Shown: one piece after another, positions 56,835-64,000 of the stretch
Numbering within the stretch: position 1 is the first letter of the stretch
Layout of the letters: every line of letters begins with the position of its first letter
Assembly: GCA_965221775.1 (NCBI GenBank)
Contig: CBDCSU010000006.1
Span: 992,001-1,056,000 of the forward strand
Source of the DNA: Candidatus Latescibacterota bacterium
GTDB lineage: Bacteria; Latescibacterota; UBA2968; UBA8231
Direction of reading: 5' to 3'
DNA: 64,000 nt
Program-made: the position numbers and the translations under genes
Notes under the pieces: model-generated
The model's database searches: none
What the model saw: the letters and a program-made list of their open reading frames with translations, nothing else
What the model was told of the DNA's origin: nothing

Positions 56835-57550
56835 CACCGGCCCGCGGCCAGCCCGGCCCAGTTGCGGTAGACGGGCTCGCCCACGCGGTGGAGCTCCGCG
56901 AGCCGGCCCGGCGTCTCCGCCAGCAAGTCGGCGGCCTCGAGGCCCGCCGCGCGCGCCTCCTCCTCGAAGGAGGTGATCATGTCGGCGGCGCCCTTTGCTG
57001 TCACCTCCATGTGGAAGAGCAGGCCATAGGCGCCGGCACCGTAGACGAAGGCCTGGCACGCCGTCTGCGCCGAAGAGGCCAGGTGTGCGGCCCCCGGGGG
57101 CAGGTCGAAGATGTCGCCGTGCCAGTGGAAGGCGTGGAACCGGCCGCCCGCGGCGGCGGCCTCCTTCCACAGGGGATCGCCGGCGGCGAGTCCGCCCAGG
57201 CGCACCTCGTGCCAGCCGATCTCCGGGGCCTCCCCCTTGCGCACGCGGGACCCGAGGACGGCGGCCAGCAGCTGGCTGCCCAGACAGACGCCAAGGACGG
57301 GGAGCTCCGCCTTCAGGGCCCCTTCGGCCAGACGCATCTCGTCCTCCAGCCACGGATAGCGGTCGCTCTCGTACACGCCCATGGGGCCGCCCATGAGCAC
57401 CAGGCCGGCGTAGCCCTCCATGTCGCCGGGCACCCGCTGTCCCGCGTACGAGTGGACGTACTCGGCCTTCAGTCCCGCGGCCGTCAGGGCCTGCTCGATG
57501 GTGCCGAGGTTCTCCACGGGATGGTGCTGCATCACGAGGACGGTCGACAT
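56834..57550 (-). CDS. Class I glutamine amidotransferase-like protein
   Basis: MGGPMG, GVCLGSQL, WHGD, FHME. Confidence 0.9.
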   Translation of the reverse strand: MSTVLVMQHHPVENLGTIEQALTAAGLKAEYVHSYAGQRVPGDMEGYAGLVLMGGPMGVYESDRYPWLEDEMRLAEGALKAELPVLGVCLGSQLLAAVLGSRVRKGEAPEIGWHEVRLGGLAAGDPLWKEAAAAGGRFHAFHWHGDIFDLPPGAAHLASSAQTACQAFVYGAGAYGLLFHMEVTAKGAADMITSFEEEARAAGLEAADLLAETPGRLAELHRVGEPVYRNWAGLAAGR

Positions 57551-58665
57551 CAGCCGCTCTCCTTGTCGGGTCCGATGCGGGGGCTTCCGCCGGGGGGCAC
57601 GTAGACCGGCTCCGGCTCCAGGGACACACCGAAGGTCTGGCGCACGCCGGCGGCGACCTCCCCGGCCAGGGCCAGCACGTCGGCGCTGCCGCCGCCCCGG
57701 TTGACGAGGGCCAGGGCATGGCGCTCCGAGATGGCGGCGCCGCCCCGGAGGGTTCCGCGGACAAAGCCGGCGCGCTCCACGAGCCAGGCGGCGGCGACCT
57801 TGTGGCGTCCGCCTCCCGCGGGATACACCGGGATCTCGGCGGCAGACCCGCCCCGCCCCCGCCAGCGCTCCCGCACCTCGGCCAGCTGCGCCGCGGTCAG
57901 CACCGGGTTGAGGAAGAACGACCCCGCCGAGCGCGAGTCCGGGCCGCTGTCCAGGAGCATCGCCTTGCCGCGGCGCAGATGCAGGACCGCCTCGCGCACG
58001 GCGTTGGAGACGGGCGCTCCCGCCGGCAGGCTCTCCAGGTCGACGCCTTCCGCCTCCAGCCGGCGCCCCAGCTCGGGATAGCGGATCTCGGGACGGCGGC
58101 TCTTCGGCAGCCGGTAGGTGACCCGTGTGATGATGCAGCGGTCGCGGTCCTCGCCCTTGAAGCGGCTGGTTCGGTAGCCGAAGCCGCACTCCTCGTTGGT
58201 GAAGACCCTGGCCTCGCCCGAAGCGCGGTCGATGGCCCTCACCTCGACGATGGTGTCGCAGACCTCCTGGCCGTAGGCGCCCACGTTCTGCATCGGCGTG
58301 GCCCCCACCTGGCCGGGGATGCCGGAGAGGCACTCGACGCCGGCCAGGTCGGCCTCGATGCAGCGGCGCACGAGGGCGTCCCAGTCCTCGCCCGCGGCGG
58401 CGGAGACGGCGGCGGCGGCGCCGCTCTCCTCGATGCGCACGCCGAGGAGCCCCACGTGCAGCACGAGACCGTCGTAGCCGGCGTCGTCGAAGAGGGTGTT
58501 GCTGCCGCCCCCCAGCACGTGCACCGGCAGGCCGCGGGACCGGCCCCACCTCAGGGCCTCGCGGACCTCCTCCTCGGTGGTGCAGTGGGCGAAGTGGCGG
58601 GCCTCGCCGCCCAGGCCGAGGCTGGTGTACGGGGCGAGTCGGACGCCGTCGACGATCCTCATCAT
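57550..58665 (-). CDS. murB: UDP-N-acetylmuramate dehydrogenase
   Basis: GGGSN, GIPGQVGATPMQNVGAYG, FGYRTS, SAGSFFLNP, HALALVN, LEPEP. Confidence 0.95.
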   Translation of the reverse strand: MMRIVDGVRLAPYTSLGLGGEARHFAHCTTEEEVREALRWGRSRGLPVHVLGGGSNTLFDDAGYDGLVLHVGLLGVRIEESGAAAAVSAAAGEDWDALVRRCIEADLAGVECLSGIPGQVGATPMQNVGAYGQEVCDTIVEVRAIDRASGEARVFTNEECGFGYRTSRFKGEDRDRCIITRVTYRLPKSRRPEIRYPELGRRLEAEGVDLESLPAGAPVSNAVREAVLHLRRGKAMLLDSGPDSRSAGSFFLNPVLTAAQLAEVRERWRGRGGSAAEIPVYPAGGGRHKVAAAWLVERAGFVRGTLRGGAAISERHALALVNRGGGSADVLALAGEVAAGVRQTFGVSLEPEPVYVPPGGSPRIGPDKESG

Positions 58666-58756
58666 CTCTTTGCCGGTGTATCAGGGCGCCCGTAACTTCC
58701 ACAACAACACCGGCCCGCTCAAACCTCCCCACCCCTCCGAAAGCCTCCGGCTTACC

Positions 58757-60055
58757 GTGCGCACCGACATCCCCGACGATCTCCGGGCCGAGGCCTCGGT
58801 GCGCGACGCCGAGGCCGCCCTGCGCACCTGCGTGCACTGCGGGTTCTGCAACGCCACCTGTCCCACCTACCTGCTCACCGGCAACGAGCTGGAAGGCCCG
58901 AGAGGCCGGATCTACCTGATGAAGAGCGTCCTCGAGGGGCGGGTGGAACCATCGACGGCGACTCTCGGCCACATCGACAACTGCCTCGGCTGCCTCGCCT
59001 GCGAGACCACCTGCCCCAGCGGGGTCCTCTACTCGAGGCTGCTCGACGACGCCCGTCCCCGCCTCGAGAAGATGCGCCGCCGAGGGCTCGCCGACCGCCT
59101 GCAGCGCGCCCTGATCACGCGGCTGCTGCCCCACCCCGGCCGCTTCCGGCTCGCCCTGCACCTGGCCCGCTGGACGCGTCCGCTGGCCGCCCTGCTGCCC
59201 CGGCGGTTCCGGCACCTGGCGGCCATGGCTCCCCGGCGGCTGCCGGCGCCGGCGGGACTGGCGACCCCGGGCGTGCACGCCCCCCGGGGGCCGGCGCGTC
59301 TGCGCGCCGCCCTGCTCACCGGCTGCGCCCAGTCGGTCCTCGGGCCGGCGATCAACGACGCCGCCGTGCGCCTCCTCACGCGCCTCGGGGTGGAGGTGGT
59401 GATCCCCCCGGAGGCGGGCTGCTGCGGGGCCCTCACCTGGCACATGGGCGAGCGCCCGCGGAGCCTGCAGTGGATGGCGAACAACATCGACGTCTGGAGC
59501 CGGCTCCTCGACGACGGGGTCGACGCGGTGGTGCTCACCACCTCCGGATGCGCCACCGCCGTGCGCGAGTACGGGCACATCTTCGCCGAGGACCCCGAAC
59601 GCGCCGGGTCCGCCGGGCGGGTGGCGGCGGCGACCCGGGACATCGCCGAGATCGTCGCCGACCTCGGCCTCGGCGAGACGGTGGAGATCCCGCCGCTGCG
59701 CCTGGCCTACCACGACGCCTGCTCCCTGCAGCACGGACTGAAGGTCCGCGACCAACCGAGGCGCCTGCTGGGCGAGGCGGGCTTCCAGGTGGTCGAGATC
59801 CCCGAGGGCCACATCTGCTGCGGCAGCGCCGGCACCTACAACCTGCTGCGGCCGCACCTCGCCGGGCCCCTGCAGCAGCGCAAGGCCGACCACATCCGCG
59901 GCCTGGAGCCGGACGCGGTGGCGGCGGGCAACATCGGCTGCCTGGAGCAGATCGGGGCCGCCGTAGGCTGTCCGGTGGTCCACACCGTGGAGCTCCTCGA
60001 CTGGGCCACCGGCGGACCCCGCCCCGAGGCGCTGGCGGAGGCCGGTTCCGCTTGA
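58757..60055 (+). CDS. glcF: Glycolate oxidase iron-sulfur subunit
   Basis: CVHCGFCNATCPTY, CLGCLACETTCPSGV, two CCG domains. Confidence 0.9.
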   Translation: MRTDIPDDLRAEASVRDAEAALRTCVHCGFCNATCPTYLLTGNELEGPRGRIYLMKSVLEGRVEPSTATLGHIDNCLGCLACETTCPSGVLYSRLLDDARPRLEKMRRRGLADRLQRALITRLLPHPGRFRLALHLARWTRPLAALLPRRFRHLAAMAPRRLPAPAGLATPGVHAPRGPARLRAALLTGCAQSVLGPAINDAAVRLLTRLGVEVVIPPEAGCCGALTWHMGERPRSLQWMANNIDVWSRLLDDGVDAVVLTTSGCATAVREYGHIFAEDPERAGSAGRVAAATRDIAEIVADLGLGETVEIPPLRLAYHDACSLQHGLKVRDQPRRLLGEAGFQVVEIPEGHICCGSAGTYNLLRPHLAGPLQQRKADHIRGLEPDAVAAGNIGCLEQIGAAVGCPVVHTVELLDWATGGPRPEALAEAGSA

Positions 60056-61011
60056 TCGGCGGGCGCCGCCTGATCCTCCTGTCCGCCGCGGCTGTCGCCG
60101 CTGGCCTGGGGCCGGGCATCGAGGCGCCCGGGCCATGGGGCCTCGACGCGCTCTCGGCCGCCACCCCCGGCCACGTGGCCGTCATCGGCGCCGCCACCCC
60201 GTCCGGCCCGGGGGCCCCCGAGTCGGCCACCGCAGCGGATCTCGGGCGCGGCGCCATCTACCTCTCCGGGGGTCTGCACAGGGCCATCGACCCGTCCTCC
60301 GAGCGAATCCTCGTGCGCCCCGGTCACGGCCCCATGGACGCGCGGGCGACGGCCCTGCACGCGCAGGTGGTCGCCGCCGTGGTCAAGGAGGTCGCGGGGA
60401 CCGCGCCGGAGGCCGGCATCGGCCTGCTGCTGGGCGGCGTCCCGGGGACGGCGGCGGAGCCGGCCGCCGGACTGGCCGAGGCCCTGGCGGCCCTGCGCGA
60501 AGACCCGGAGCTGGCCGGGGTCGCCCTCGAGATCCTGGATCTGCGCGAGGAAGAGCTGGAGGAGACGCAGGTGCCGGGGGGCGGCTCCGAATCCTACGCC
60601 ATGGCGATCAGCGTGCTTGAGTGCGACGCCCTCGTCAACATCGCCCGGCCGGGGGCCCCCCTGGCCGGCCTCGACAACCTCCGGGGCCTGGCCGGTCCCG
60701 TGGCCGGGGGTGCGGCCCCCGGCGCCGTCGACCTGATCCTGCTGGCGGAGGTGGACTACACCCTCCTCGACATGACCGCACACGAGGGCGCGCCCGGCGG
60801 CTCCCTGGTGCTGGCCGGCGCCGACGGCATCGCCGTGGACCGCGCCGCCGCCGCCCTCCTCGGGGTCGAGGGGGAATCCCTGTCGCCGCTGGTCGCCGCC
60901 GGGGGCCTGCGCATCGGCGTCTCCATCCTGGCCAACATCAAGGTCGCCGGCCTCGAGGTCCCGGGATCGTGGACGCCGCCGCCGGACACCACCGGCGTGG
61001 AGCCGCGCTAG
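60052..61011 (+). CDS. Hypothetical exported protein, degenerate DUF362-like
   Basis: ECDALVNIA, LAGADGIAVDRAAAALLG; N-terminal hydrophobic segment. Confidence 0.55.
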   Translation: MIGGRRLILLSAAAVAAGLGPGIEAPGPWGLDALSAATPGHVAVIGAATPSGPGAPESATAADLGRGAIYLSGGLHRAIDPSSERILVRPGHGPMDARATALHAQVVAAVVKEVAGTAPEAGIGLLLGGVPGTAAEPAAGLAEALAALREDPELAGVALEILDLREEELEETQVPGGGSESYAMAISVLECDALVNIARPGAPLAGLDNLRGLAGPVAGGAAPGAVDLILLAEVDYTLLDMTAHEGAPGGSLVLAGADGIAVDRAAAALLGVEGESLSPLVAAGGLRIGVSILANIKVAGLEVPGSWTPPPDTTGVEPR

Positions 61012-61159
61012 TCTCGCCGCCGCCCCGTGGCCCGGGGTCTTCGCCCTGGGTCCCGAGTTCCCATGACGGTGGACCCTCGACTACAACCCCGACCTGCCGG
61101 CGGTGGACAACGTCCGCTCCGCCGAGGCCCGCCGGGACTGCGGCGCCCCACCGCGCGCG

Positions 61160-61312
61160 GGCGTCTCTGCGCGTCTACAACCTGCAGGGGCAGAGGGTGC
61201 GCACCCTGATCGAGGGCGAGGTGTCAGCCGGCTGCGGCGAGGTTTCCTGGGACGGCCGGGACCAGCACGGGCGCCCGGTGCCGGCGGCGTCTGCCTCTAC
61301 CGCCTGGAGAGC
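61160..61312 (+). pseudogene. FlgD Ig-like C-terminal domain fragment
   Basis: LRVYNLQGQRVRTL...VSWDGRDQHGRPV then frameshift to GVCLYRL; no start. Confidence 0.7.
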
Positions 61313-61330
61313 CAGCTCCCCTGATCATCG

Positions 61331-62127
61331 CACATCCACGCCGACGCCGTCATCGGCTGGGCTGGTCGGTCTTCAACGACTACGACTCCGAGGGCAACCC
61401 CCTGAGGTTCCGGCCCCGCACCGTGTGCGCCCTGGCCGGCGCCTGCCGGCGCATCCGCCACCTGTCGCTGGCCGACTCCCTCGGCGTCGACTTCCACAAG
61501 ACCGGGTTCGCCCCCTAAGTCTCCAGCCTCGTGGTGGTGAAGGACGGGGAGGACCTGCAACTGGTGACGCGGAGCCCGGAGCAGATGCCCTACCTCTACC
61601 ACTCTCGGCTACCACCGGCCCGGCATGTACACCCTTGAGACCTCCGGGCCGGCACCGGTCCCTTGGCCGCCCTCTCCAACTACCGCCTCTTCGGCGAGCG
61701 GGGCCTCCAGGCCGCGATCGGCCATCTCGTCGAGATGGCCCAGCTCCTGCGCGAGCACCTCGAAGGACACGAGGGCAGGACCGTCCTTCAACGGCGACAA
61801 CTTCGGCACGGTGACCCTCTTCCGCGCCTCTCTCCCGGGGGTGGACACCTTTTCCATCAAGGAGCGGAGTTCGACGACCCGGCCTGGCGGGAAAGCCTGA
61901 TCGCCGGCAACGACTTCAACTGGAAGGTACTCGACTACGTGCACTCGGAGGCGTTGGAGGGGCGGGGCGTCGTCATCTCCTCCACCGACTGCTATCGCCG
62001 CACCGCCTACGACGAGCCGATCGTGGCCCTGAAGTCGTACATCCTGTCACCCTTCGTCGGCGAGCGCGACATCGAGGCGGTGGTGGCCAAGCTCCTGGAG
62101 GCCCGGGAGAAGATCGGGGGTGGTTAG
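61331..62127 (+). pseudogene. Group II PLP-dependent decarboxylase, 5'-truncated and frameshifted
   Basis: HIHADAVIGW, ADSLGVDFHKTGFAP then TAA at 61516; several frameshifts; ALKSYILSPF. Confidence 0.85.
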
Positions 62128-62305
62128 CCCGGACCAGTCGGGCTTGGAGCCCGTCAAGCTCGCCGCTGTGATGCCTATCCCGACGATCCTGTCGGTGCGA
62201 GCGTCATCAGTCGCCCTGTAGGATAAACTTTCGCTCGAATTGCTTCTCTCTCAGCCACAAGCTATCATCGTCGGCCGCCTAAGGCACAAACCCCCGGAGG
62301 ACCAA

Positions 62306-64000
62306 GTGAGTGATCTCGACATCGAGCATTTCTTGGGGCGCCTGAAGCAACTTGACGCACTGCGCGATTCAGACACGGTGAGACGTGGAGAACTCGACCG
62401 CATAGAGCCCCGCTACGCGGATGAATGGCCCCGGCAGCTCAACCCAGCAGTCGGTGAGGCACTGACACAGGCGGGAATAGCCCAGCCCTACCAGCATCAG
62501 GCCGATGCCATCGCCCTCAGCCTGAGCGGCGCGGACGTGGTGATGGAGTCCCCCACCGCCAGCGGCAAGACCCTATCCTTCACCGCCCCAATGCTCCACG
62601 CCCTGAAGCAAACTCGTGATTCCCATGCGCTGATGATCTACCCCATGAAGGCCCTGGCTTTCGACCAGCGTGAGCAAATCCGCCACATTTGCGAACCGCT
62701 CGGTGTAGAATCATGGCCTTACGATGGCGACGCGTCAGAGGACATCAAGACTTGCCTACGGGAAAGCCCTCCTCACATCTTACTGACCAATCCCGAATAT
62801 CTCAATATGTCATTCCTGGCAAGCCGGGAGTCGTGGAACAAACATGCGAAGGGATCTCGATTCCTGCGCAACTTACGCTATGTCGTCATTGATGAAATGC
62901 ACGAATACCGTGGGTTCTTCGGCAGCAACATGGCACTCTTGTTGCGCAGGTTTTTCCTACATCTCAGTCGCATTGAAGCACACCCCCAGGTGTTTCTTTC
63001 CACCGCGACCTGTGCCAATCCGAGGGAACATGCCCAGTCCCTGACCGGACGCGACATGGAAGTAGTGTCCGCAAGGAACGTGCTACGTCCCAGACGGCAC
63101 TTCCTCTTCGTTGATCCGGAAATCCCCTCCTTTCAGTACAGGGAAGTACTCCAGTTGCGTATCGAGCAAGCTGCACTCACCGCCCTTACTGAAGGGTTGC
63201 AGGTTCTGGTGTTCTGCCCCACCAAGCGCTTCCTGGAGGGGGCATTCCGCAATTGTCGGCGCAAGGCAGATGAGCAGGGCTTCGACCCAGATCAGATCTC
63301 TGCATTCCATGCCGACCTCAAGAGCGAACAACGTCAGGACATTCAGCAGGAGATCAAGGCAGGCAGAGTCCGTGTGGTGTTCACTACTAACGCCTTGGAA
63401 ATTGGGCTCGACGTTGGCGGCCTGGATGGAGTGATTCTAGCAGGTTTCCCCCCCAGCATAATGTCGGCTTGGCAGCAGATTGGCCGCGCCGGACGCGCGT
63501 GGGACCAAGATGCCTTCGTGCTCTTCTACGCCATGAACGACCCCATCGATCGCTTCTTTGTGGGCAATCTCGGAGCCTTCTTGGAAAAGCCCTTCGACGA
63601 ACTGGTGGTAGATCCTGCCAACGAAGAACTGATCGGCAAACACCTTCCTTCCCTGGTCGAAGAAACCGGAGGAAAAGTCTCGACTAGTGAAGAGGCCATA
63701 CTCGGCGGGCCATTCTACAGAAGGGCAGAGAAGAACACCGGGACGGTTCCGGCAGGCTTCAAGCCACAATTCGCTCTGAATCTCCGTGGAGCTATCGGAC
63801 AGTCTTTCGTCTTGAAGAGAGGCAATGAAGAACTGGGACAGGTTTCTGCCATGCGAAGGTTTCGTGAAGCCTACATAGGAGCCATTTTCCCCTTCTTTGG
63901 CCACCGCTATCATGTGCGCTCCCATGAGGAACAGTCTGTCGTCCTTGAAGACTCTGAACAGCACCTCCGAACCGAACCCGGATTCTACACAGTACTTTCC
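62306..64000 (+). CDS. SF2 DEAD/DEAH helicase, Hrq1/MrfA (DUF1998-associated) type; runs off the window
   Basis: GGAGG RBS; PYQHQ, PTASGKT, YPMKALAFDQ, TNPEYL, IDEMH, STAT, TNALELGLDVG, QQIGRAGR. Confidence 0.92.
   Translation, partial: MSDLDIEHFLGRLKQLDALRDSDTVRRGELDRIEPRYADEWPRQLNPAVGEALTQAGIAQPYQHQADAIALSLSGADVVMESPTASGKTLSFTAPMLHALKQTRDSHALMIYPMKALAFDQREQIRHICEPLGVESWPYDGDASEDIKTCLRESPPHILLTNPEYLNMSFLASRESWNKHAKGSRFLRNLRYVVIDEMHEYRGFFGSNMALLLRRFFLHLSRIEAHPQVFLSTATCANPREHAQSLTGRDMEVVSARNVLRPRRHFLFVDPEIPSFQYREVLQLRIEQAALTALTEGLQVLVFCPTKRFLEGAFRNCRRKADEQGFDPDQISAFHADLKSEQRQDIQQEIKAGRVRVVFTTNALEIGLDVGGLDGVILAGFPPSIMSAWQQIGRAGRAWDQDAFVLFYAMNDPIDRFFVGNLGAFLEKPFDELVVDPANEELIGKHLPSLVEETGGKVSTSEEAILGGPFYRRAEKNTGTVPAGFKPQFALNLRGAIGQSFVLKRGNEELGQVSAMRRFREAYIGAIFPFFGHRYHVRSHEEQSVVLEDSEQHLRTEPGFYTVLS

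Noticed and set aside
63437-63964. 175-aa minus-strand ORF and other short ORFs at 62689-63687
   Set aside because: They are antisense or out-of-frame shadows of the helicase gene.

Overview
High-GC bacterial chromosomal segment from a diderm organism (BamD, CpoB, TonB-dependent receptor). FlgD-Ig/'T-x-V...SWxxVK' protein tails, PhyH and Gfo/Idh/MocA paralogues and ankyrin/TPR proteins suggest an FCB-group lineage such as Latescibacterota; this placement is inference only. The core blocks are thrC-nadD-bamD-cpoB-rfaE2-pyrF, rnpB, dnaG, rho-rpmE-prfA-prmC, recA, hpt, yaaA and murB, plus six tRNA genes. The accessory blocks are: (i) a lower-GC patch at about 2.4-6.3 kb with an ankyrin protein, two nuclease-fold ORFs and two decayed toxin-antitoxin-type pairs; (ii) an unannotated 38-aa membrane peptide behind a consensus sigma54 promoter; (iii) a lone egtB-like sulfoxide synthase; (iv) a wHTH/membrane protein/TonB receptor/TPR operon with a palindromic operator; (v) a PhyH pair; (vi) an auxiliary type II fatty-acid/lipid cluster (FabH-like, FabA, FabZ-like, FabF-like, an ACP with an NS motif, an acyltransferase and a PPTase) close to a GT-C glycosyltransferase and a ceramidase-like gene, which is the best candidate for an undescribed system; (vii) pseudogene debris followed by a lower-GC Hrq1/MrfA-type helicase that runs off the right edge. 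No rRNA, CRISPR array, integrase or transposase was recognised. All family assignments come from motif recognition by eye, not from database searches.
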